A stretch of 64,000 nt of DNA from a phage. Made by a program: the position numbers and the translations under genes. The stretch lies in the sequence record PQ327946.1, one strand, 5' to 3'. Positions 45,753-54,203 of the stretch are shown one piece after another (within the stretch, counting starts at the first letter, position 1; each line of letters begins with the position of its first letter). The notes beneath the pieces were generated by a model. The model was not told the DNA's origin and did not search any database. It saw only the letters and a program-made list of their open reading frames with translations.

Positions 45753-47437
45753 GAGGCTTTCATTACAGTAAATCGTCCAACTTTGCTCATTTGAAGATGT
45801 TGTCCATAACGTTGAGGGTCATGGTCTCTATGAGAGATAATGAACACGTTAGTATTTTGTAAACTGCCAAGGATGGTATCTATAGCCTTAACAGCCTCAG
45901 AATCAACAGCTCCATCAAAAACCTCATCAAGAATCAACGTGTTGATTTTAACACCAGAAACCTTTTCGGCAATATCTCGCCATGTAAACAACAATGCGAT
46001 ATCGATACGTGCCTTTTCACCTTGACTAAATGAAGCATAACTGAACTCTTCACGACCACGTGATTTTATAGATTCATTGAATTCTTCATCAATAGAAAAC
46101 ACGTAATCAGCTTCCATGATTTTAAGATAATGGTTAATCTGCTTGTTGAACAGAGGCACATATTTTTTAATGATAGCACCTTTAATACCAGAATCTTTTA
46201 ACATATCTGTGATAATACCACGATGGTATTTTTCAAGAACGATATCTGATTTTGTTTTAATGATTTTATCAAGTTCTTTTTGAAGCAAAGCTATCTCATC
46301 GGCATGGTCGATAAATTCTGCTGAGGCTTGTTCTATTGCGGCTTTAACTTTCTTAGCTTTATCAATAGTGGCAATCATTGCTTGTTTCTTGGTACGAATA
46401 TCAGATGCAAGGTCCTGTTTAGTCTTAACATTAGCTCTATATTCGTCCACTAGGACACTCAGATTATCTCTGTGACATGTAAGTTGCTCGAATGAGTGAT
46501 TACATTCGTGAAGCTTATCGGTAATCTTAGAGACAATAGGGTCACCCTGGTGCAACTGTGACGCACAAGTAGGACATGTGCCACCGTCATGATACATCTT
46601 AATAACTTTGTTATATGAGTCGATTTTAGATTTAATCAAGAATGCTTCTTGTCCGATCTTGTTGAATGCCTCAGTAGGGTCTTCATCAAGAACGATATTA
46701 AGTAGTCGCTCATTAGCTTCTTCGATTTCTGCTTTTAATGAACGAGCTTCTTTGGCTAGGTCATCATACATATTCTGTAGACGCGCTACATTATCACCAG
46801 ATAATTTCTTTTGACGTTCGATATTCTCGTTATAAATCTTAATTTGTTGGATAACACCATCTTTCTTGGCATCGAGAACTTGTCCCTGGGAATTAAGTTC
46901 TCGAACTTGAGACTTATTGATTTTATCCATTTCAGCGAGTGTGCCGACTTCTAAAAGGTCTTCGACAAGTTTTCTACGAGCAGGGGTGCTAAGAGCCATG
47001 AAAGGGGTATACCCTGCCGTCCCAAGCACAACGATTTGTTTAAAAGACGCGTATGACATTCCGATGCTACGTTCAAATTCTTCTTGGAAGTCACGACTGC
47101 TGGCAGATTCATCGAGACGAACACCGTCAACGGAGATTTCGAAAATATTGGGCTTTTGGCCACGTTTAATGAAGTATTTTTTACCATCGAATTCCATCCA
47201 AAGCTCAACTAAGAGCTCTTTCTTGTTCGTGCTATTAATGATTTGCCCTTTCTTAACATCACGAAATGGTTTACCGAAAAGTCCGAAAGTAATGGCTTCT
47301 AACATCGTAGATTTACCACCACCATTTTTACCAGTGATTAATGTCTTTTGGACTTTATCTAATTGGATGTCAATAGGATTCCCACCTACCGACATGATGT
47401 TTTGATAACGAACACGATTTAATTTAAATGATTTCAT
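45749..47437 (-). CDS. 46: Recombination nuclease subunit gp46 (Rad50/SbcC-like ATPase)
   Basis: 562 aa; Walker A TGKNGGGKST, coiled-coil middle, zinc hook CPTC, signature/Walker B region LILDEVFDG. Confidence 0.85.
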   Translation of the reverse strand: MKSFKLNRVRYQNIMSVGGNPIDIQLDKVQKTLITGKNGGGKSTMLEAITFGLFGKPFRDVKKGQIINSTNKKELLVELWMEFDGKKYFIKRGQKPNIFEISVDGVRLDESASSRDFQEEFERSIGMSYASFKQIVVLGTAGYTPFMALSTPARRKLVEDLLEVGTLAEMDKINKSQVRELNSQGQVLDAKKDGVIQQIKIYNENIERQKKLSGDNVARLQNMYDDLAKEARSLKAEIEEANERLLNIVLDEDPTEAFNKIGQEAFLIKSKIDSYNKVIKMYHDGGTCPTCASQLHQGDPIVSKITDKLHECNHSFEQLTCHRDNLSVLVDEYRANVKTKQDLASDIRTKKQAMIATIDKAKKVKAAIEQASAEFIDHADEIALLQKELDKIIKTKSDIVLEKYHRGIITDMLKDSGIKGAIIKKYVPLFNKQINHYLKIMEADYVFSIDEEFNESIKSRGREEFSYASFSQGEKARIDIALLFTWRDIAEKVSGVKINTLILDEVFDGAVDSEAVKAIDTILGSLQNTNVFIISHRDHDPQRYGQHLQMSKVGRFTVMKAS

Positions 47438-47688
47438 ATGTATTCTCTTCGAATGAAGTCCTCTACATATTTTAACATGTCATCTCTATCAGCAAAATAT
47501 TCATCTAGTTCTGCATACATAACAACACCTGGTGCGTACTCACAGGTAACATACATTGTTCCAAAGAAACGAGGAGTTGATTCCTCGTAATTCTCAGTCC
47601 ATTCAACGATACCAATATAACCGTCACCAATACTAAATTCATGACGATGGATTTCATAATCAGTCTTCGTCATTATACGCGTCCTCAA
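47434..47688 (-). CDS. Hypothetical protein (84 aa)
   Basis: ORF between 47 and 46. Confidence 0.5.
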   Translation of the reverse strand: MRTRIMTKTDYEIHRHEFSIGDGYIGIVEWTENYEESTPRFFGTMYVTCEYAPGVVMYAELDEYFADRDDMLKYVEDFIRREYI

Positions 47689-47917
47689 TACATGCTTCAG
47701 CCATTTTAAGAATAGAACCAGGAGTATCGTTGTCCATTATATTAAAGCTAAATTCAATAGCCCAGTCGGTGCAGACATGAACTGCTTTAACTTCATTGCC
47801 TTCAACGCGTAATGGCTCAATCCAATACTTGATAGCGTTCTCAAATCCATCATCGTCTTTAACGTCCATTTCAACTTCAAGTCCAAGCCCAGCATTGTTA
47901 AATTCATCTAAAGTCAT
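47660..47917 (-). CDS. Hypothetical protein (85 aa)
   Basis: ORF. Confidence 0.45.
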   Translation of the reverse strand: MTLDEFNNAGLGLEVEMDVKDDDGFENAIKYWIEPLRVEGNEVKAVHVCTDWAIEFSFNIMDNDTPGSILKMAEACIEDAYNDED

Positions 47918-48933
47918 TGTGTTGCCTCAATATAAAGTTCGTTGGAATATTTGACCAGCGCTTCTCTGTCTTCGTCTGAGATATCTGGAATCGCGTCAAT
48001 ATATTCTTTAATGATATCTTGAAGTGATTTAATCTCGATTTCCTGGTCGTCATCAGATTCAACACTGTTATCAACTTTAGAAACCATACGAAGAGAGTGA
48101 ACTACTTTTTCAAGTTCAGATTCAAACTTAGTCAACTCTGAATCAATTTCTGATACTATAACACGTATGGCTAGATTAGTATAATCAGAATAATTGATTT
48201 TGCCTTTAAACGGATAAGTGATTCGTCGATGCCATGTTGTTTCATTAGGAATAAATTCCATACGTTCAACATCAGTGTCAAATACCCAGAATCCGCGTGG
48301 GTCGTTCTCATCACCTGCAGTAAGTGTCCACGGTGTCCCAATATATTTGACGTTAGCAGCTTCAGAGATTGTGTGGAAGTGGCCGGACCAGACTTGTTTA
48401 TAGGTCTTTAAGAAATCAGGTTCAAGCCCATGAGACTTCATTCCTTTATAGAAATAAAAGCCGTTCAGTTCCCAGTGACCAACACAATACGCCGCGGAAG
48501 AAGTCTTGATGTGCTCTAAGATTTCACCTGTATTTTCTTCACACATCCATGGAATGATATCAATCAGACATCCGTCAAAATCTACAGTAGTTGGATGTTC
48601 GTAAATAGTAAAGTTTTCAAATTGAGTTAACAATTCAGAAACAGTGTTAGGTGTTATTGTATTCTTAAACGCCATGTCATGGTTTCCTATCGTGACATGA
48701 ACGTGAATGCCTGCTTTAGAAATCATATCAACGATTTCACGATTGAATTCCATCGTACGATGTGTAATTGCTTTACGGACGTCAAACCAATCACCGTACT
48801 GAATCCAAGTTTTAATCCCGTGTTTCTTAGAGTATTCAATTGCTTGACGAATACCATCACGTTGAATATCTTGAACCCATGGGTCGTCTTGTTTGACTCC
48901 GATATGGAAGTCGCCTAAGTGCAAAATTTTCAT
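47914..48933 (-). CDS. 47: Recombination nuclease subunit gp47 (Mre11/SbcD-like phosphoesterase)
   Basis: 339 aa; MKILHLGDFHIG and GNHD calcineurin-like motifs; T4 gp47 is 339 aa. Confidence 0.9.
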   Translation of the reverse strand: MKILHLGDFHIGVKQDDPWVQDIQRDGIRQAIEYSKKHGIKTWIQYGDWFDVRKAITHRTMEFNREIVDMISKAGIHVHVTIGNHDMAFKNTITPNTVSELLTQFENFTIYEHPTTVDFDGCLIDIIPWMCEENTGEILEHIKTSSAAYCVGHWELNGFYFYKGMKSHGLEPDFLKTYKQVWSGHFHTISEAANVKYIGTPWTLTAGDENDPRGFWVFDTDVERMEFIPNETTWHRRITYPFKGKINYSDYTNLAIRVIVSEIDSELTKFESELEKVVHSLRMVSKVDNSVESDDDQEIEIKSLQDIIKEYIDAIPDISDEDREALVKYSNELYIEATQ

Positions 48934-48947
48934 ATTATTTCCTCATT

Positions 48948-48980
48948 AGTTAATTCATTCTATCATCCGTTTATAAAGCA
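48948..48980 (-). promoter_or_regulatory. Candidate MotA-dependent middle promoter (TGCTTTA - N12 - TAGAAT) for gene 47
   Basis: Minus strand TGCTTTAtaaacggatgaTAGAATgaattaac..ATG. Confidence 0.45.
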
Positions 48981-48985
48981 AAAAA

Positions 48986-49003
48986 GGAACTCCGAAGAGT
49001 TCC
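48986..49003 (-). terminator. Terminator hairpin (GGAACUC-UUCG-GAGUUCC + U6)
   Basis: + strand aaaaaaggaactccgaagagttcc, overlapping the stop of the small upstream ORF. Confidence 0.55.
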
Positions 49004-49176
49004 TATCCACATAGTACACCGTACAGAGGCTCATTTGAACTTTTAAATCGAATGGGCTTGTATGTAATAGTTCCTTCGGCTTTAGCTTTATCATAAGACT
49101 CTTTAAAACGTCTCATTCTTTCTGCTTTGCCTTTACGGATTTTATCGAAATTTTCAGAAGTCTGGGTGTTCGTCAT
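49003..49176 (-). CDS. Small hypothetical protein (about 57 aa)
   Basis: Hand-translated MTNTQTSENFDKIRKGKAERMRRFKESYDKAKAEG..; coordinates approximate. Confidence 0.3.
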   Translation of the reverse strand: MTNTQTSENFDKIRKGKAERMRRFKESYDKAKAEGTITYKPIRFKSSNEPLYGVLCG

Positions 49177-49215
49177 GCATAATCACCTCTCAGAAAATAC
49201 CTAAATCGATTTCTC

Positions 49216-49437
49216 TCATCGTTTCCACCATTTCTTAACTTGAAATGAATCAACCCACACGAGTTGTTTTGGGTCTGCCTTTACAATAGGTGGACAAATT
49301 TCTGTAATAGAACTGTCGTGATATTCCTTTTCAGAGATTTTAACACAAAGAGGACCTCCCAATTTAATGGAGAATCCTGCGTTCAGATTAAGACGTTTAA
49401 ACTTTGTTTGAACTAGCGCCATTAATGATGTCCTCAA
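49216..49437 (-). CDS. Hypothetical protein (73 aa)
   Basis: ORF. Confidence 0.4.
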   Translation of the reverse strand: MRTSLMALVQTKFKRLNLNAGFSIKLGGPLCVKISEKEYHDSSITEICPPIVKADPKQLVWVDSFQVKKWWKR

Positions 49438-49720
49438 TAGCCTGACGAGTAGTAATCCACTGGATTTTAATTAACTTGTCATTATATGGTTGTCGTAGAA
49501 TATCCCGAGATTTCTTAATAGCATATTCATAAGCTTCGAAGTTGTTTTGAATTGCTGCTTCTTGAGCATGAGCATAAAGACGGTTTAGTTCAAAACGATT
49601 CTTTTTAAGAATCTTTTCGGATTTTTTACGTGCTTCAGCTTCATTTTTCTTTTGGATTTCTTGTAGCATTTTAGCTACTGCATCTTCTGCTTCTTTATTT
49701 TCAATAATCTCGGTAGTCAT
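49397..49720 (-). CDS. Hypothetical protein (107 aa)
   Basis: ORF. Confidence 0.45.
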   Translation of the reverse strand: MTTEIIENKEAEDAVAKMLQEIQKKNEAEARKKSEKILKKNRFELNRLYAHAQEAAIQNNFEAYEYAIKKSRDILRQPYNDKLIKIQWITTRQAIEDIINGASSNKV

Positions 49721-49721
49721 A

Positions 49722-50015
49722 TTATCTCATTAAATTAAAATAAAAACGTCCATCCTCTTCAATACAGAACTCATACTCAACCGGAGTCCCATTTATCGAA
49801 AATGACACGTCATGTGGGTTCAAAGGGTCGATGTCAAAATTAATTTTAAATTCACGACCCAACAGTTTTACCAAATAAGGGATTGCTTCGTCAAAAGGTT
49901 CTTCTAAGTAGTTAGAGATGTCAATTGTCATCCTCATATAAAAAATCCAAACTAGGCGAATCGCTAACAACTTCCTTCTTTTCAGCCCCAGGAGCTTTAT
50001 AAGCGGATTCTTCAT
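49722..50015 (-). CDS. Hypothetical protein (97 aa), overlaps the 3' end of gene 55 out of frame
   Basis: ORF; the overlap of about 95 nt makes it uncertain. Confidence 0.3.
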   Translation of the reverse strand: MKNPLIKLLGLKRRKLLAIRLVWIFYMRMTIDISNYLEEPFDEAIPYLVKLLGREFKINFDIDPLNPHDVSFSINGTPVEYEFCIEEDGRFYFNLMR

Positions 50016-50478
50016 AATGCGTCATTTTATCGTAGATGTCTTGAATAAACGTTTCATCTACCAACGCTACCATATCATCGTCATGACTGTCGTAGACATT
50101 ATGAACGAAGTAACTATATTTCTTTGCAACTTCCTTACGTTCTTTTTTGATACGTTGGACAAAAGCATTAAAACAAGCTCGAGTTATGTATGCATGTGGG
50201 TTATTGTACTTAGTTTCGTCGAAATTATGAAGTCCCTTAATAGAGGCTTCAATCCCATCTGCAATCATCTCCTGCTTCCAAGACTGGGTATATCCTGAAA
50301 AGTTGAAACGTTTGGACAGGCCTTCGGCGATAAGCATAATTGCTAAACCGATGGTATCATTCTGACGAATAATTTTGTTTGGGTCTTTATTATTTAAGAG
50401 CTCCTTTTTCCACTCGATTATAGCGGCGAGAAGCTCTTTATTATTCACATAGTTATTTTTAGGTTTTTGTTCAGTCAT
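49921..50478 (-). CDS. 55: Late sigma factor gp55
   Basis: Start set at [19 protein letters not shown] (185 aa); near-identical to remembered T4 gp55. Confidence 0.9.
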   Translation of the reverse strand: MTEQKPKNNYVNNKELLAAIIEWKKELLNNKDPNKIIRQNDTIGLAIMLIAEGLSKRFNFSGYTQSWKQEMIADGIEASIKGLHNFDETKYNNPHAYITRACFNAFVQRIKKERKEVAKKYSYFVHNVYDSHDDDMVALVDETFIQDIYDKMTHYEESAYKAPGAEKKEVVSDSPSLDFLYEDDN

Positions 50479-50494
50479 AAGTACCTCTTGGCTC

Positions 50495-50530
50495 AATTCA
50501 TAGGTCTATTATATCATAATATTTAGAGAC
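50495..50530 (-). promoter_or_regulatory. Promoter-like cassette (cataggtctattatatcataa..agacctatc)
   Basis: Member of the gataggtctataata family, upstream of gene 55. Confidence 0.3.
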
Positions 50531-50633
50531 CTATCTTAAAGCACGAGATACTATCAAAGATACGTAACTTTCATAAAGTTGTCGACTTAAAATTCACCAA
50601 ACTTTTCTTCGGTTATAGCGATTCAAGATAGTT

Positions 50634-50861
50634 TCATTCTATTTCCTTTGCTGCAAATAAGGCAGCATCCAACGAATCAAATTGGTCAACGAAATCAATA
50701 TTCAACGCATCGTCAACCGTAGCATATAACCACCATTGTTTGAATTCGTATTCAAGAATAAATCCGGGACCTTCAATCTGAGGAAGACCTAGGCTATTTG
50801 TACCAACTTCGTAACCAGCTAGACGCAGGTCATTAATCAAAGTTTCTGTTAATACGCTCAT
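50634..50861 (-). CDS. Hypothetical protein (75 aa)
   Basis: ORF. Confidence 0.45.
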   Translation of the reverse strand: MSVLTETLINDLRLAGYEVGTNSLGLPQIEGPGFILEYEFKQWWLYATVDDALNIDFVDQFDSLDAALFAAKEIE

Positions 50862-51220
50862 TTTACCGCCTTAACAATTTTCAAGTCAGCGAATTTTTTC
50901 TTACGTTGATTTTTCATACGACGGATAGTTTTTTCAGAGATTTCATGTTTCTGATAAGCTTTAGATTCAACACCAAATGCAGCAACGTCAAATTCAGAAA
51001 GAATATATTGTACTAGAATTTCGCGAATAGAATTACGTCCAATTTTCTGGTCGTGTTTTTGCATGATTTCATAAAGACGGAATTCCCACGCGTCAAGAAC
51101 TTGAGGAGTAACAATATTGCCGGATTCAAGAAGAGCAACAACTTTATCGAAAGCGAAAGAATTAACTACGTTTTTGATTTTAGTAGACATATTATTTTCC
51201 TCGGTTATTTTATTATCCAA
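50858..51220 (-). CDS. Hypothetical protein (120 aa)
   Basis: ORF with upstream promoter cassette at 51228-51257. Confidence 0.5.
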   Translation of the reverse strand: MDNKITEENNMSTKIKNVVNSFAFDKVVALLESGNIVTPQVLDAWEFRLYEIMQKHDQKIGRNSIREILVQYILSEFDVAAFGVESKAYQKHEISEKTIRRMKNQRKKKFADLKIVKAVK

Positions 51221-51227
51221 TGATAGA

Positions 51228-51257
51228 ATTATACTCTGCTCTCAAGAGTTTGTATAC
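51228..51257 (-). promoter_or_regulatory. Early promoter cassette (second copy of ttatactctgctctcaagagtttgta)
   Basis: 26/27-nt identity with 6789-6818. Confidence 0.4.
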
Positions 51258-51258
51258 T

Positions 51259-51498
51259 CTATTTTTTAAGCATGAAAAGTAAGTAATTTGTATCACGTGG
51301 AGTAATATCAACACCCATATCAAAGATGCCTTTATAGATTGGGTATTTGTTTTCGGTTGTATCGAAGCTGAAACTATTTCCATCACATCTAACAGTAATA
51401 GCATCTGTTAAAATGTCATACTCAATCCTAACAATTGAATCCCCAATTTTAACGTCGAGGTGTTTTTTGAATTTGATAAAATCTAATTCTTGTTCCAT
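51259..51498 (-). CDS. Hypothetical protein (79 aa)
   Basis: ORF. Confidence 0.4.
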   Translation of the reverse strand: MEQELDFIKFKKHLDVKIGDSIVRIEYDILTDAITVRCDGNSFSFDTTENKYPIYKGIFDMGVDITPRDTNYLLFMLKK

Positions 51499-51561
51499 GA
51501 TATTTTCCTCATTTTAAGACGATAGGAAGATAATAACATGTCTTCCTATCGTTGTACATTA

Positions 51562-51774
51562 TTAACCGAACTTTTTAGCGCCTTTCCAGCCTTCGTACAT
51601 AACTGCGCAAGTCAGTAGTACAGCGTGCTGGCATTCTTTGTATTTGTAAATCCAGAACCAACGTAAAAAGTCTTCATCATCAACACCGTTGAGTTTCATA
51701 TTGGCAAAGAATTCGGCACGTTCTTCACGAAGTTGCCATGACACAATATTTTCAGGATTCATTTTGTGTTCCAC
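51562..51774 (-). CDS. Hypothetical protein (70 aa)
   Basis: ORF. Confidence 0.4.
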   Translation of the reverse strand: MEHKMNPENIVSWQLREERAEFFANMKLNGVDDEDFLRWFWIYKYKECQHAVLLTCAVMYEGWKGAKKFG

Positions 51775-51986
51775 GCCCCATTTTCATCGATGAACTTAAT
51801 CCAGTCATTTACAGACCATTTAGTTGTATCACCCTTTGGATTAGCATTTAAAGTATATAATCCCTGCTTAAAAAGCATTCGTTTGATATTCATAATTTCC
51901 TCAACTGTAACGATAACATTCGTTAGCTTTACGTTTGGCTTCAGTATGAGAAGTATTATAATCATACTCTTCTTTACTGTAAACAT
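51759..51986 (-). CDS. Hypothetical protein (75 aa)
   Basis: ORF. Confidence 0.4.
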   Translation of the reverse strand: MFTVKKSMIIILLILKPNVKLTNVIVTVEEIMNIKRMLFKQGLYTLNANPKGDTTKWSVNDWIKFIDENGAWNTK

Positions 51987-52221
51987 CTTTTTTCAACTTA
52001 CGAACTTCTTTGCGGAGTTGTCGATTCATTTCATTCTTGACTTCAGAATCAACGCCTTTCATACGTTTCCATTTATCTGAGCGGAAGATGTTTTCAACCA
52101 TGTCTTTGTGGCTAACACCGTCAGGAGCTTTACGCTTACCAAAATAGTCGTAATCGCGAACTTTCAAATCTTTACGACGATATGTTTTACCCATAAGTAC
52201 CTCAGAGGTTGATTGATACAA
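51901..52221 (-). CDS. Hypothetical basic protein (106 aa)
   Basis: ORF; overlaps its neighbour. Confidence 0.35.
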   Translation of the reverse strand: MYQSTSEVLMGKTYRRKDLKVRDYDYFGKRKAPDGVSHKDMVENIFRSDKWKRMKGVDSEVKNEMNRQLRKEVRKLKKDVYSKEEYDYNTSHTEAKRKANECYRYS

Positions 52222-52453
52222 TGCGTTTGATAAAATTCACTTCACTTACTGAAAGGTGGTCTTTAAGACCGATTGATTCTAAACGCTGAGTAAGCGTCAA
52301 CATTGGGATATAGTCCCAATGTGTTTTAGACGTTTGATAAGTACGGACGCCATTAGCAATTTCAACGTTCAAATCGGAAATGGTAATGAATATCAGACGT
52401 TCGTTGTTTACATTAAGAGTTAGAACAACTTTCTTTGAATCTAAACCAATCAT
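52202..52453 (-). CDS. Hypothetical protein (83 aa)
   Basis: ORF. Confidence 0.4.
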   Translation of the reverse strand: MIGLDSKKVVLTLNVNNERLIFITISDLNVEIANGVRTYQTSKTHWDYIPMLTLTQRLESIGLKDHLSVSEVNFIKRIVSINL

Positions 52454-52752
52454 GGCTTAATTTCCTTCGCAATTGAACAGAAGATACCACGGTCACAAAG
52501 CATTTCACCAATTTCTGGATATTTGATCGAACGGTACCAAACATCCAGGCTTGAAACTCTGGTTATCTGTACTGCACTACCGTTGACAGAATAGTACTGG
52601 TCGACCTTAATTTCTTTATCTTCAATTGTCATTTTATTTTCCTCTATAGTAGATGGTTTAATCTTAACACATCTATTGAGGATGTAAACTGTTTTATGAA
52701 AATATTTTCGATTTGAGAGGGGCACAAGGAGATAGTGAAGTGAAGATTCCAA
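52450..52752 (-). CDS. Hypothetical protein (100 aa)
   Basis: ORF. Confidence 0.4.
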   Translation of the reverse strand: MESSLHYLLVPLSNRKYFHKTVYILNRCVKIKPSTIEENKMTIEDKEIKVDQYYSVNGSAVQITRVSSLDVWYRSIKYPEIGEMLCDRGIFCSIAKEIKP

Positions 52753-52797
52753 TGGATTATATTAGAAATGAGATAAAGAAGACCAGGCGGCACCTGG

Positions 52798-53169
52798 TCA
52801 ATCTTCTATGATATCAGAGTCATATCCTAATGAAATCAAGGACTTTTTAAACTCTGCGATATTCCTTTGTTTCTTATCATTTAAAAATATGACAGGATAA
52901 CGAATATTAAGTGAAGTGAATCCTGCACGTTTAGCAAGAGATACGATTAAAGGACGGTCATATTCAATCTTACCATTATTAGTGAGGACTTTATAAAATG
53001 TATAAGGAGCATTGAGCTCCTTTAAAAGTTTTGTAACAGTATAACATCCCGGACAACGTCCTACTTCTTCAGGGATGCCATAGATTTCAATCTTGTTCTT
53101 TAAGTTCGAGTTTTGTTCCACGAGAAATAATTCCTTGGTAAGCCCAATATGGCGGGTTAACAGAATCAT
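52798..53169 (-). CDS. nrdH: Glutaredoxin-like protein NrdH (start uncertain)
   Basis: CPGC redox motif in KIEIYGIPEEVGRCPGCY; no in-frame ATG close to the fold start, so a GTG start near 53133 is possible. Confidence 0.55.
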   Translation of the reverse strand: MILLTRHIGLTKELFLVEQNSNLKNKIEIYGIPEEVGRCPGCYTVTKLLKELNAPYTFYKVLTNNGKIEYDRPLIVSLAKRAGFTSLNIRYPVIFLNDKKQRNIAEFKKSLISLGYDSDIIED

Positions 53170-53404
53170 CACCGGAGTTTTCTTCAGGAAAATAAACCTG
53201 GATAACAAATCCGGATTCATCAAAGGTAAAATAAACCGTAGGCAGTTCACCTAACAATTCGGCACGAGCATTAATTTCTTCGAGATCTCGTTCACGTCCA
53301 GCCCAAAAACTAGGATTTAGATCACATTCGTAAAAATAATAGTCATTACCGAACATATCAAACCCCTTCCAACTCTCTACCACATACTGCTCAAAACTAA
53401 TCAT
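53087..53404 (-). CDS. Hypothetical protein (105 aa)
   Basis: ORF. Confidence 0.45.
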   Translation of the reverse strand: MISFEQYVVESWKGFDMFGNDYYFYECDLNPSFWAGRERDLEEINARAELLGELPTVYFTFDESGFVIQVYFPEENSGDDSVNPPYWAYQGIISRGTKLELKEQD

Positions 53405-53406
53405 AA

Positions 53407-53622
53407 TTAAGCCTTTTTATCAAGAACAGAATTCAGTTTATTAGTAATTTTGTCCAAACGTTCATTGAATTCGCTGGAGGATAATCCCTTTTCCGGAGAA
53501 ATTAAACTAATCAAGAAAAATACAACAGTAAAAGGAATAAGAAAAATAGCTCCAACTGCCATAAACAAAAAGAACGTTACAGTTGTAAGAAAATCAGCTA
53601 AACCTTTACGAAATTTATACAT
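53407..53622 (-). CDS. Small membrane protein (71 aa)
   Basis: Hydrophobic core FLFMAVGAIFLIPFTVVFFLISLI. Confidence 0.45.
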   Translation of the reverse strand: MYKFRKGLADFLTTVTFFLFMAVGAIFLIPFTVVFFLISLISPEKGLSSSEFNERLDKITNKLNSVLDKKA

Positions 53623-53732
53623 ATTTACCCTTAATTAACTAAGCATTGATAAACACCAAACTATACTGCGAATAAAATTCTGGACCAAAACGAAAAATCA
53701 TATCATTTATAGTATCCATAATGTAATTCAAT

Positions 53733-54203
53733 TTAATCATGTTTCCACACCCCATCGGTATTTGACCAAAGTCGCTGATTATCTGATCCTCGCCACATCT
53801 TTTTAGTCGGAAGATTTTTCTCATACTTCCCATCAATAATAACATCAACATATTTAAGCATTTCTAGTTGTTTAATATCTTCAAACTTATATCCTGTCCA
53901 CAACCAAATGCTTTTATTGGGATAAAGATTTTTTACTGTTTGAGCAATGCGATGAATAACATCTCGGTTATCAGGATAGAGAGGATCTCCTCCGGTTATA
54001 GTTAATCCTTCTATATAATCATTATTCAAACATTCAATCAATTGTTCTAGTGTTTCACCAGTGAATGGAATACCATTTCTAGCGTTCCATGTTGATTTAT
54101 TATAACACCCTTCGCATTTATGCAAACAACCTGTAACGAAAAGAACGACCCTGCAACCAGGGCCATTCACAAAATCGCAAGGATAAAATCTATCATAATT
54201 CAT
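53733..54203 (-). CDS. nrdG: Anaerobic ribonucleotide reductase activating protein NrdG (radical SAM)
   Basis: 156 aa; CxxxCxxC in CLHKCEGCYN; immediately downstream of nrdD. Confidence 0.85.
   Translation of the reverse strand: MNYDRFYPCDFVNGPGCRVVLFVTGCLHKCEGCYNKSTWNARNGIPFTGETLEQLIECLNNDYIEGLTITGGDPLYPDNRDVIHRIAQTVKNLYPNKSIWLWTGYKFEDIKQLEMLKYVDVIIDGKYEKNLPTKKMWRGSDNQRLWSNTDGVWKHD

Noticed and set aside
46917-47405. Plus-strand ORF (162 aa) inside gene 46
   Set aside because: Antisense shadow ORF.
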